64,000 nucleotides of DNA. Origin: an uncultured Candidatus Rokubacteria bacterium. GTDB lineage: Bacteria; Methylomirabilota; Methylomirabilia; Rokubacteriales; CSP1-6. Made by a program: the position numbers and the translations under genes. The DNA lies in contig CAVWWD010000003.1 of assembly GCA_963758635.1 (NCBI GenBank), positions 768,001 to 832,000 of the forward strand, written 5' to 3'. Below are positions 28,876 to 38,705 of this stretch, piece by piece. The notes under the pieces are model-generated. The model was not told the origin of the DNA. It did not search any database and saw only the letters and a list, made by a program, of their open reading frames with translations. Every line of letters begins with the position of its first letter. The stretch's first letter is position 1.

Positions 28876-30507
28876 CTACCTCAGCATCAGCTCGCGGTAG
28901 CCGCCGGCGGCCACGCGGTCACACCACTCGCGGTACTCGGGCGCCGTGCCGCTGTAGCGGGCGATGATGCGCGTCTGCTTGCCCTCGACGTTCATGTTGA
29001 CGCCCGTCATCCAGGAGTCGACCTCGTTGGCGAGCAGGCCCTCGCCCTTCTTCTTGACGAACTCCGTCCATTCCTCCACGGCGTCCGGCCGCGCGTCGGC
29101 GACGCCGAGACCGCGCCGCTCCAGGTAGCCGAGGAGGTCGCGGATCCACTCCACGTTGTACTCGACGCTCCGCGGGATGTTGCCGAGCGCGGTGTGCGGC
29201 CCCATCACCATGAAGAGGTTGGGGAAGCCGTCGACCATCACGCCCATGAACGTGGCGGGGCCGCCCTTCCATCGGTCCTTGAGCCGTTGCCCGCCCCGGC
29301 CCCGGATGTCGATCCGGTCGAGGCTGCCGGTGATGGCGTCGAAGCCGGTGGCGTAGACGATCAGGTCGAGCTCGAACTCCCGGTCCGTGGTGCGCACGCC
29401 GGTCCGGGTGATGCGCTCGATGGGCGTCTCGAGGATGCTGACGAGCTCGACGTTCGGCTGGTTATACACCTCGTAGTAGTGCGTCTCCTGCGGCACCCGG
29501 CGTGTGCCGAACCCGTGGTCCTTCGGGATCAGGAGCTCCGCGACGCGCGGATCCTTGACCCGCTGGCGGATCTTGTCGGCGACGAAGGCGGAGAAGAGCG
29601 CGTTCGCCTCCCGGTCGATGAGCACGTCGCGGAAGTTGCCCATCCAGATGGCGAAGCCGGGCGCGGCGTAGAGCGTCTCCCAGAACGCCTGGCGCTCCTC
29701 CGGGCTCACCTCGAAGGTCCCGCGGGGGTCGGTGTTGTGCAGGAAGCAGGCGGCCGTCTCCCGGCAGCGCTCCCACAGCGCCGGGTAGCCCGTGCGGATC
29801 TCGTCCATCTCCGCGCGGCTGATCCGCCGGTTGTGCAAGGGCGTGCACCAGTTCGGGCGCCGCTGGAAGACGGTGAGGTGGGCCGCGGTCTTGGCGATCT
29901 CCGAGATCGCCTGCACGCCCGTCGCCCCGGTGCCGATGACGCCCACGCGCTTGCCCTCGAAGCTGACGGGGTGCTTGGGCCAGAGCCCGGTGTGATGCGC
30001 CTCGCCCTGGAAGTCGTCGACGCCCGGGATCCGCGGCAGGGTCGGCGCGGACAGCGGGCCCACCGCGGTGACGAGGTAACGCGATCGGGAGCGGCGGCCG
30101 TCCTCGAGCGTGATGTCCCACGCGAGCGCCGCATCGTCCCAGACCGCGGCCGTCACGCGGCTCCGGAACCGGATGTCCCGTCGCAGGTCGAACCGGTCGG
30201 CGACGTGGTTGAGGTAGCGCTCGGTCTCCGGCTGGGGCGCGAAGTGCTCGGTCCAGTCCCACTCGTCGAGAAGGTCCTGGCTGAAGGAATAGCCGTAGGA
30301 GTAGCTCTCGGAATCGAATCGGCACCCTGGATAGCGGTTCCAGTACCAGGTGCCGCCGACCCCGGTCCCGGCCTCGAACACGCGGACCTCCTGGCCCAGC
30401 TCGCGCAGGCGGTAGAGCTGGTAGAGCCCCGAGATGCCCGCCCCGATCACGGTGGTGTCGTGATCCAGGCCGTGGCCCGTGGAGGTCGGTCGAGGGTCGG
30501 GCGCCAC
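28876..30507 (-). CDS. Baeyer-Villiger monooxygenase (cyclohexanone monooxygenase-like)
   Basis: GAGISG, GGTWYWNRYPGCRFD, FQGEAHHTGLWP fingerprint, GTGATG, ATGFD. Confidence 0.93.
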   Translation of the reverse strand: MAPDPRPTSTGHGLDHDTTVIGAGISGLYQLYRLRELGQEVRVFEAGTGVGGTWYWNRYPGCRFDSESYSYGYSFSQDLLDEWDWTEHFAPQPETERYLNHVADRFDLRRDIRFRSRVTAAVWDDAALAWDITLEDGRRSRSRYLVTAVGPLSAPTLPRIPGVDDFQGEAHHTGLWPKHPVSFEGKRVGVIGTGATGVQAISEIAKTAAHLTVFQRRPNWCTPLHNRRISRAEMDEIRTGYPALWERCRETAACFLHNTDPRGTFEVSPEERQAFWETLYAAPGFAIWMGNFRDVLIDREANALFSAFVADKIRQRVKDPRVAELLIPKDHGFGTRRVPQETHYYEVYNQPNVELVSILETPIERITRTGVRTTDREFELDLIVYATGFDAITGSLDRIDIRGRGGQRLKDRWKGGPATFMGVMVDGFPNLFMVMGPHTALGNIPRSVEYNVEWIRDLLGYLERRGLGVADARPDAVEEWTEFVKKKGEGLLANEVDSWMTGVNMNVEGKQTRIIARYSGTAPEYREWCDRVAAGGYRELMLR

Positions 30508-30509
30508 GG

Positions 30510-31517
30510 TCAGGCGACGGGCGTGGCGAGCTCGACCGCGCGGACGGTCCGGAGCCGGCGCGCCACCGCGTCGAGGGTGCGCCGCCGGTCGCGGAAGAAG
30601 AACACCTCGACGATGTGGCCGCCGGAGCGCAGGCTCAGCCGGTCGAAGAGGAAGCCGGAGCGCGTTCGCACCTCGTCCACGTGCGCCACGTCCACCGCGT
30701 ACTCGCGCACGCCGAAGCCGCGCCGCGCCAGGAACACCAGGCGACCACCCGCGAGGCAGAGATAGCCCATCGTCCACGCCGGCGCGCCGACCGCGCGCCC
30801 TCCAAGGCAGCGCACCGCGAAGTCGCCGGGGACGCCGAAGCCCGGCGGCAGGAGCTGCGCGTGGCCCGGCGGCACCGCGTCGAAGACGTCGTCGGGCGGG
30901 GCCTCCCGGCCCGACCACACACGCGCCAGCGCGGCGAGCGCGAGGATCTGCGCGCGCAGGAGCCGGAACAGCCGGGGCGCCACCAGGGCGAAGGCGCCCG
31001 CGAAGCTCGCGGCGAGCACGCCGGCGAGCACGGGATGGGCGAGGGCCAGCCACACGCCGGTGACCGCCACGACGTCCTCGGCCAGCGAGAGGAAGATGTT
31101 GCTGAACGGCTCCGGGCTGCCGTTGGCCACCAGGCGCACGCCGGCCTTGGTCGTGTGCGTGGCCAGCGCCACGCCGCCGGCCAGCAGGAACGCCGCCACC
31201 TCGAGGGCGGGATCGACGCTGCCGAGGGCGGCCGCGCCCAGGCAGGCCGCGCCGAGCGGCCGGATGAACGTGTGGAGCGCGTCCCACGCGCTGTCCACCC
31301 AGGGGATCTTGTCGGCGAAGAACTCCACGACGTAGAGCGTGCCCGCCACGATCAGGACGAGGGGGTGGCCGAGGACGGCCAGCCCCTGGAGCTGGGGCGA
31401 GAGGTGGATCATCCCGGTGGCGACGCCGAAGCCCACCGCGAACACGGTGGCGTAGAGGTTGATCCCGGCCACCGCGCCCAGGCCCATGGCCGTGCCGAGG
31501 AGCTGGATGGTTTCCAT
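30510..31517 (-). CDS. DUF4126 membrane protein with C-terminal soluble domain
   Basis: AGINLYAT, EFFADKIPWVDSAWDALHTFIRP, SPEPFSNIFLSLAED. Confidence 0.85.
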   Translation of the reverse strand: METIQLLGTAMGLGAVAGINLYATVFAVGFGVATGMIHLSPQLQGLAVLGHPLVLIVAGTLYVVEFFADKIPWVDSAWDALHTFIRPLGAACLGAAALGSVDPALEVAAFLLAGGVALATHTTKAGVRLVANGSPEPFSNIFLSLAEDVVAVTGVWLALAHPVLAGVLAASFAGAFALVAPRLFRLLRAQILALAALARVWSGREAPPDDVFDAVPPGHAQLLPPGFGVPGDFAVRCLGGRAVGAPAWTMGYLCLAGGRLVFLARRGFGVREYAVDVAHVDEVRTRSGFLFDRLSLRSGGHIVEVFFFRDRRRTLDAVARRLRTVRAVELATPVA

Positions 31518-31615
31518 CGACCGCGATGGTGCGCCCGGCCGCCGTCGCGGTCAAGCGAACGCTCGGGATCGGGGCGTTCCAGCGGCGACTCCTCGAGCCG
31601 CCGGAGCGGGTCCGG

Positions 31616-33830
31616 TCAGGAGGGGCGCAGGCCGACCTCGATCCGGCCGGGCTTGACCTCGATCGGCGCGACGAGCACGGCGATCGGCAGGCGCCTCAGC
31701 TTGAGGGTCGGATCGAAGTGGCGGACCACCCAGTCCACGAGGGGGCCGGGCACCGGCACGGGCCCGATCCGCACGTCCTCCACGACCAGCGCGAACGGGC
31801 GCCCGTCGGTGGGGACCACGGCGCGGGCGCGCGCGGTCAGCGTCGTCCCGAGCCGGCGCAGGCTCACGCGGGCGTCCCCATCGCCCATGGTCACCGTGAC
31901 GCCGCGACCGGCGCGCTGGCCGCGGAGGAACGCGGCCAGGTCCTGCTCCAGGAGCGTGAGGCGCTCGAGCCGGAGCGCGCCCGCGTCGAGCAGCGCCAGC
32001 TCGTCCCGCTCGATCAGCCGCCGCGCGTCGAAGAGGACGTCCTCGACGACCACCTGCACGTGCTCCGCGCGCAGGAGGGAGCGGTCCCGCCGCGCCACCT
32101 CGCCCAGCAGCGCCGACTCGGCGCGGAGGGTGACCCGCCGGACCCGCCCCTCGCGGATGGCGTCCGCGTCGTAGTCGAGCGAGACCGTGAGGCCGCGCGC
32201 GTCGCGCAGGTAGGCGCCGAGGAAGCGGCCGGGGTCCGAGGTGAGGCGCCGCGCGATCTCCCCCGGCGGGGCCTCGACCACGGGCGGCCGCCGGGCGCGG
32301 AGCGCGGCCTGGCTCCCGTCGGGCAGGGGGTACTCCGCGACCACCGGGTAGAGCGCCTGGAGGTACGGGTCCTCGGCGAAGCCATGCATGATGCGTTCGG
32401 GCCTGGCCGCGGTGTAGGACGGGCCCTGGCTGCCCGTCTTGACCACGGCCACGTCGACGCCGAACGGAGCGGCGTCCCACGCCCGCGCGAAGACGATCGG
32501 CACGCCCCGCCGCACCGCTTCGTAGCGGAGGGTGGAGACGGAGAGGAAGTTGTAGTTCGGCACGACGGCCGTCCGCACCGCCTGCCCGTTTCCGAGCCAC
32601 AGGAGGTCGGCGACGATCCGGTCGTGCTGCCAGTCGCCTCGGGCGGGCGCGTGGTTGAAGACGGTCGTGCCGTGGAAGAGGGCCAGGTGCGGCGGGCGGG
32701 GCGCCGCGAAGGCGGCCATCGACACCTGGAGGAGGCCGAGCGCGATCACGGCGAGGCCGGCGGCCCCTCGCCATGCGCGCGGAACCGCGCGGACGCCGGC
32801 CGCGGCGGCGAGCGCGGCGGCGGGCAGCATCGGGAGCGCGTAGCGGAGGTTCTTGTTCTGGCTCAGCGTCATGACGACCAGCGGCACGAGGGTGGCCGAC
32901 CACACGAGGCCGCGGGACCGGTCGCGCGCGATGGCCCAGAGCCCCCACAGGGCCAGCGCGGTCGCGAGCACGCCGAACACCGGGATCAGGTAGCGCGGAT
33001 AGAAGAGGATCCCGGCGACGGAGAGCGCCGGCGCGTGGCCCTCGGCGGCCGCGAACGTGAACGAGCGGTCGGAGACCTGCATCGGCAGCGCGAGCAGTCG
33101 CGGCCCGTACCACGGCAGCGCCAGGGCCGCCGCGATGGTGAGCGACAGCGCGAGCCAGCCGCGCGCCGGACGCAGGCGGCGCGCCTCCCACGCCGCCCAC
33201 GCGAGCGGACCCACGAGGTACACGGCGAACGTCGGCTTGGTGAGCATGCCGAGGCCGAGGACGAGCCCATGCGCCACGGCCCATCCGGGGCGGATGAAGC
33301 CCTCGGCGCGCGTCTGGACGTGGAGGGCGAGGGCCACCATCGCGGCCAGCGGCAGGTCGAGCTGGAAGTTCGTGAGCGAGAACACCACGAACGGCGCGGT
33401 GCCGAAGACGAACGCGGCGAGGACGCCCGTGGGGCCGTCCCAGAGCCACCGTCCCAGCGCGAGGACGCTGGCGAGCCCGATCCCGAGGAAGACCCACATC
33501 ACGACCTGAGCGGTGAGCGGGACCGGCGGCAGCACGAAGTACGCGAGGCCGGCCGCGCAGATGGCCAGCGGAGGGTAGAAGGCGGACAGCTCGAGCACCT
33601 CGCCCAGCCTCTGGCCCGGGCCGGCGAGCGACGCGATGACAGTGGAGCGCGCGCTCCAGGTGGTTGGCGTGGTCCCACTCCGGGGGCCGGCGGTCCACGC
33701 TGACCCACACCGCCATGACGATGCCGAGCAGGATCCAGAGCGCGCCGACGGCGAGCCACTCCCGCGCGCTCGCCCCGGCCCCCACCGGGCCCCTGGCCCC
33801 GCGAGGGTCAGCCGGCCGGCGAGCGGCCAT
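31616..33830 (-). CDS. GT39/ArnT-like membrane glycosyltransferase with C-terminal LmeA/DUF2993-like extension; frameshift near 33640
   Basis: PPEWDHANHL, FYPPL, FQLDLPL, GLGMLTKPT, KNLRYALP; multiple TM segments. Confidence 0.75.
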
Positions 33831-34764
33831 CGCGCCCCTTCCTGAACACCACGTTGAAGTACGGGAGGACGCGCGAGGGCGATCGGCCGAGCGCGGCGAG
33901 GGCGGCGCACGGCCCGGCGAGCACGGGCAGCGCGACCCGGCGGAGCCCCGAGCGTGCGGTGTCCCGGAAGAAGCGCCATCCGTACGCGGCGTCCTCGGTG
34001 ACGTCCACGAGGCCGTGGGCGCCGCGCGAAGGGAGGATCTCGCGCCACGAGGCGTTCCGCCACGCCGCGGCGTCGAACTCCGCGAACGGCACCCCGCGCA
34101 GACGGGGGCCCCGCAGGGCGCGGGCGTACGCGAACGCCGCGCGCGGGGGCAGCCACTGGATGCCGGGCAAGCCGATCGAGTGCGTCTCCAGCGGGAAGGC
34201 TCGGTTCGGCGTGTCGAGGACGGCGATGTGGCCGCCCGCGCGGAGCACCCGGTAGTACTCGTCGACGTAGCGCCGCCGGTCGCGCGCGGGCAGGTGCTCG
34301 ACCACGCCCACGGCGAGCACCAGGTCGAACGCCTCGTCCGGGAACGGCAGCCGCGTGGTTTCCTCGTCGGTGAGGGACAGGACGGCACGCACCTTGTCGA
34401 GCCCCAGCTCCTCCACCTTGAGCCGCGTCATCTCCGCGAACGCCGGGTCCACGTCGAACGTGCGCACCTCGGCCACGAGGTCGCAGTCGTGGAGGTACTC
34501 GGTGATGTGGCCGAAGGAGCAGCCCACCTCGAGCACCGACAGGTCGCGCGCCCCGCGGGCCCGCAGGTAGGCGACGAGCCGCTCGAGGAAGTGGCGGCCG
34601 CGCGTCTCCTTGAACGGAAAGTAGAGCGGCGCGCGCTCGGCGCCCTTCCGCTCGATGAGCAGACGGATCAGCCGCTCGCTGTAGCGGGTGCGGTACTCGA
34701 CGCCGCGCACCGAGAGGACGCGCTCGCCGCCGAGGTCGCGGATGGCGAAGCCCACGTCGGTCAC
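33808..34764 (-). CDS. Class I SAM-dependent methyltransferase
   Basis: VLEVGCSFG, LPFPDEAFDLV, VVEHLP, RVLRAGG, DTPNRAFP. Confidence 0.85.
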   Translation of the reverse strand: MTDVGFAIRDLGGERVLSVRGVEYRTRYSERLIRLLIERKGAERAPLYFPFKETRGRHFLERLVAYLRARGARDLSVLEVGCSFGHITEYLHDCDLVAEVRTFDVDPAFAEMTRLKVEELGLDKVRAVLSLTDEETTRLPFPDEAFDLVLAVGVVEHLPARDRRRYVDEYYRVLRAGGHIAVLDTPNRAFPLETHSIGLPGIQWLPPRAAFAYARALRGPRLRGVPFAEFDAAAWRNASWREILPSRGAHGLVDVTEDAAYGWRFFRDTARSGLRRVALPVLAGPCAALAALGRSPSRVLPYFNVVFRKGRDGRSPAG

Positions 34765-34771
34765 GCTCCGC

Positions 34772-34817
34772 ATTATAGGGCGCGGCCGTTGACACGTCCG
34801 GCGCCCGGCCGCAGTAT
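34772..34817. promoter_or_regulatory. Divergent promoters
   Basis: Minus strand: TATAAT (34772-34777) 7 nt before GTG 34764. Plus strand: TTGACA(34789)-17 nt-CAGTAT(34812). Confidence 0.6.
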
Positions 34818-34848
34818 CGGGCGAAAGCCCAAGCGGGAGGAAACGAGC

Positions 34849-35695
34849 ATGCCGAAGGTCCTGACCGACGCCGAGGTGCGGAGCTACGAGCGGGACGGCT
34901 ACCTGTCCCCGGTGCGCGCGATGAGTGCTGCGCGCGCCCGCCAGTACCGCGCGAAGTTCGAGGCCCTCGAGGCCCGCGTGTCCGACATCAAGAAGATGAA
35001 GACGAAGTCCCACCTCCTGTGCCCGTGGGTGCTGGACATCGCCGAGGATCCGCACATCCTCGACGTCTTCGAGGACCTCATCGGCCCCGAACATCCGGTG
35101 CTGGAGCATGGCGTGGCGGGTCAAGAAGGCCGACGGCCAGACGTTCGCGGGCTGGCACCAGGACTCGTCCTACGGCGCCGCGCTGCCCGTCGTGCTGGGG
35201 GCGCTCGCCCTGTCGCCGTGCGGCGTCCGGCAGGGATGCCTCCGGGGGATCCCGGGCTCGCACCGCGGCGGCATCCTCGAGCACGAGGAGTCGGACGACC
35301 CGAAGAGCATCCTCGCGCGCGGCCAGTACATCACCGAGCCGTTCGACGAGGCGAGCGCGGTGGACTTCCCGCTCGAGCCCGGCGAGATGGTGATGTTCGA
35401 CAACTCGCTGATCCACAGCTCGGGGCCGAACCTCGGGCCCGACCGCCGCTTCCTGCTCCTGGTGGAGATGCTGCCCACGTGGGCGAAGCCGCCGCGGGTC
35501 CGTCAGGCCACGATGCTCCTGCGCGGGGTCGACACGTACGGCAGCTTCGACGACGAGCCGCGTCCCGACGGGGAGTGGACGGAGACGGCTCTCGCCAACT
35601 GGGCGGCGTGCACGAACCGGCGGGCGACCCTCATCTTCGAGGACAGCGCTATTGGTCCGAGCGAGGCGTACGGGGGGAAGCGCGCCGCAACCTGA
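34849..35695 (+). CDS. PhyH family Fe/2OG dioxygenase; frameshift near 35090
   Basis: MPKVLTDAEVRSYERDGY, then GWHQDSSY, GCLRGIPGSH, IHSSGPN, DRR. Confidence 0.85.
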
Positions 35696-35720
35696 TCCCG
35701 CGCCCTGTCCCTGCGCGCGG

Positions 35721-35890
35721 GTGCGCTCGGCCGGGGCGGCGGGGAGGCACCAGGGGTCGCGGGGCCACGCCGCACGCGTGCGCTGACCCGCTGTAGCTGG
35801 GCTCCATCCGGGCGCGCGGGGTCCGATGACCGATGGAGGGGAAGGGCCCCGCGACCCCTGGTGCCTCCCCACCGCCCACCCGGGCCGCGC
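35721..35890 (+). repeat. ~160-nt structured repeat, copy 1
   Basis: 32-bp stem 35735-35766/35845-35876 (31/32 complementary); core shared with 63366-63507. Confidence 0.85.
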
Positions 35891-36170
35891 TCCACGCTCC
35901 TCGGCTCCTCGCTCTTCGGTCTCACGCTCCTCGGCTCCTCGTCGAGTGACAATCGGCAGTGTCGTTGCCAGATCTCCGGGGGTGGCGCGGATCAAACGCT
36001 AGGTGTCTGGGCGGGGGCGTGCGATACTGCTTGCGTTCTTGGTCACGACTCGAAGAGTCCGAACGGCGGTATCCCCGGCAATCCCCCCGTTCTCCCGATC
36101 ACGCCGGATTTGATCTGAGCAGCGCTGTCCTTCGCCGGCGTGCGTCGCTCGTGAAGAAGAGGTCGAACCC

Positions 36171-37478
36171 ATGTCTTTCGAATCACTAGGTGTGCCCGCA
36201 CCCCTCCTGCGCGCCGTGGAGGCGCTCGGCTACGCCGAGCCCACCCCGATCCAGCGCGACGCCATCCCGCCCGTCCGCGCCGGACGCGACGTGCTCGCGT
36301 GCGCCATGACGGGCAGTGGCAAGACCGCCGCGTTCCTGCTGCCCATCGTGGAGCGGCTCACCGCACGGCCCCGCGGCGCCGTGCGCGCCCTCGTCATCGC
36401 GCCCACCCGCGAGCTTGCCGCCCAGATCGAGAGCGACCTGCGCGACCTCGCGCGATTCACCCCGATCCGCGGCGCCGCCGTGTTCGGCGGCGTCGGCATG
36501 GGCCCGCAGGAGGACGCGTTCCGCCGCGGCGTCGACGTGATCGTCGCCACGCCGGGTCGGCTCCTCGATCACATGCAGCATCCCTACGTCCGGCTCGATG
36601 CGCTCGAGGTCCTGATCCTCGACGAGGCGGACCGGATGCTCGACATGGGGTTCCTGCCCGACATCCGGCGCGTGCTCGCGCGCCTGCCCAAGCGGCGCCA
36701 GACGCTGATGTTCTCCGCGACCATGCCGCCGCCCATCGCCGTGCTCGCCCGCGAGATCCTCACGAACGCGGTGCCGATCAACCAGGAGCGGAAGGCCGCG
36801 CCGGCCACGGGAATCACGCACGCGGTGTACCAGGTGGCGCAGGAGCTGAAGAGCGGCCTCCTCGTCGCGCTCCTCCGGCGCCCGACCATGCGGAGCGTGC
36901 TCGTCTTCACGCGCACCAAGCACCGCTGCAACCGGCTCACCGAGCAGCTCGTGAAGGCGGGGGTCGTCGCGGAGCGGATCCACGGCAACCGCAGCCAGGC
37001 CCAGCGCACGCTCGCCCTGGACGGGTTCAAGCGCGGGCGGTGCCGCGTGCTGGTGGCCACCGACATCGCCGCGCGCGGCCTGGACATCGACGAGCTGTCG
37101 CACGTGGTCAACTTCGACGTGCCGCACGTGCCCGAGGACTACATCCACCGGGCGGGCCGCACGGCGCGGGCGGGCGCGGAGGGCGAGGCCATCACCTTCG
37201 TCGCGCCCGACGAGACGGGCGACCTCCAGGCCATCGAGCGCGCCATCGGACGCCCGCTGCCGCGGGCGACGCTGCCTGACTTCGACTACGCGCGCCGGCC
37301 CGCCGAGCGCCTCGAGATCCCCCTGGCCGAGCGCATCGCGGCCATCCGCGCCCGCAAGGCCGAGGAGCGCGCCCGGGCCCGGGTCAACGCCGCCCGCCGC
37401 TCCCAGCACCCCACGACGGGCCGACCGTCGAGGCCTGGCCAACCAGCCGACCGCCCGCCACGCAACGCGAGGGTCTGA
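36171..37478 (+). CDS. rhlE: DEAD-box ATP-dependent RNA helicase (RhlE-like)
   Basis: Q motif PTPIQ, AMTGSGKT, PTRELA, TPGRL, DEAD, SAT, ARGLD, HRAGRTAR. Confidence 0.93.
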   Translation: MSFESLGVPAPLLRAVEALGYAEPTPIQRDAIPPVRAGRDVLACAMTGSGKTAAFLLPIVERLTARPRGAVRALVIAPTRELAAQIESDLRDLARFTPIRGAAVFGGVGMGPQEDAFRRGVDVIVATPGRLLDHMQHPYVRLDALEVLILDEADRMLDMGFLPDIRRVLARLPKRRQTLMFSATMPPPIAVLAREILTNAVPINQERKAAPATGITHAVYQVAQELKSGLLVALLRRPTMRSVLVFTRTKHRCNRLTEQLVKAGVVAERIHGNRSQAQRTLALDGFKRGRCRVLVATDIAARGLDIDELSHVVNFDVPHVPEDYIHRAGRTARAGAEGEAITFVAPDETGDLQAIERAIGRPLPRATLPDFDYARRPAERLEIPLAERIAAIRARKAEERARARVNAARRSQHPTTGRPSRPGQPADRPPRNARV

Positions 37479-37614
37479 CCCCCGTTTTGCGCGCTTTTGC
37501 GCAGCGAGCCGAAGGCGAGCGGAGCGCACATGGAAATGAATTGGAACCCACCGCAACGCTGATCGGGACGAAGGGGTCGCGAGATCGGACGGCGGGACCA
37601 AGGCCCGGGTTGCG

Positions 37615-37643
37615 TTGACAGGGTGGATGGCGGCTCGTATGAT
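37615..37643 (+). promoter_or_regulatory. sigma70 promoter for the TAXI-TRAP operon
   Basis: TTGACA-17 nt-TATGAT. Confidence 0.7.
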
Positions 37644-37737
37644 CCGCGCCGTTGGGTGGTGTTCGCTCCGTCTCGACGCGGCTGCCCAGCCCCCGCCCGG
37701 CGTACTCGCGGATATATATAAAGGAGGAAGCGGTCTC

Positions 37738-38701
37738 ATGAGGAAACGTGTGCTGCTCTCGATGTGCTTACTGCTCATCGCCGCGCTGCCTGTCCAGGCC
37801 CAGCAGAAGACCAGCCTGATCTTCACCGCCGGCCCCACCGGCGGATCGTGGACGCCGATGGCCGCGGCCACCGCGGAGACCATCAAGAAGAAGTTCCCGG
37901 AGATCGACGTGCAGGTCGAGCCGGGCGCCGCGCTCGTCAACATCGAGAAGATGCGCAGCGACAAGGCCGACCTGGGCTGGTCGATGACCACCGTGCTCGC
38001 CGACGCGCGCGCCGGGCACCGCCACGTGGAAGGGCAAGCAGACCGACAAGCCGCTGTTCGTGGCCAACTTCTACCCGAACGTGTGGCAGCTCGTGGTGCC
38101 CCAGTCCGCCGACATCCGCAAGTTCTCCGACCTCAAGGGCAAGGCGGTGGCGCTGCCCCCGCGCGGCAACACGAGCCTGTCCGACGGGTGGGAGCTGCTC
38201 GCGAAGATCGCGGGCATGAAGCTCGAGGACCTCGGCACGCAGCAGCCACGGCTCGATCACCGAGAACGCCGAGGCGATCCGCAACCGGCAGGCCGTGGCG
38301 ATGGGCTGGTACACGACGGTGCCGGCGAGCTTCATGCTCGACCTCGGCACGTCGATGAAGCTCCGGATGATCTCGGTGCCCGACGACGTGCTGGGAGAAG
38401 ATGCGCCAGGTCAACCCGGGCTTCGTCCGTCACGTCGTGCCCAAGGCGCACCTACGCGCAGTACGGGGTCGACGAGGACATCGTCACGGTGCAGGCGCCC
38501 ACCATCCTGATCGCCCACGCCAAAACGTCGCCCGACGTGATCTACAAGGTCACCAAGGCCATCGTCGAGGGCCGGGAGGACTTCGCCCGCGTCACCGCGG
38601 CCATGAAGGGCGTCTCCGCGAAGGACATGGCGCAGGCCCACGGCATGCCGCTCCACCCGGGCGCCGAGAAGTACTACCGCGAAGCCGGCCTCCTGAAGTA
38701 G
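37738..38701 (+). CDS. TAXI family TRAP transporter substrate-binding protein; frameshifts
   Basis: Signal peptide; TAGPTGGSW, DLKGKAV, VIYKVTKA, PLHPGAEKYYREAG; SD AAAGGAGG. Confidence 0.88.
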
Positions 38702-38705
38702 ACGC

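Noticed and set aside
28876..31554. 892-aa ORF implying a BVMO with a long N-terminal extension
   Set aside because: The extension is an out-of-frame shadow of the DUF4126 gene; BVMO homology starts near 30507.
31526..35796. Long antisense or alternative-frame ORFs (e.g. 725, 710 and 945 aa) here and throughout the window
   Set aside because: Arg/Gly/Pro/Ala-rich shadow ORFs expected at very high GC; they overlap genes with recognisable motifs.
35893..35941. 19-bp direct repeat CACGCTCCTCGGCTCCTCG, two copies with 30-nt period, as a mini-CRISPR
   Set aside because: Only two short copies with an 11-nt spacer and no cas genes; a local duplication.
37480..37610. Intergenic stretch with a GCGAGCCGAAGGCGAGC motif as a possible ncRNA
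   Set aside because: Single copy in the window, weak pairing and no recognisable RNA-family motif.
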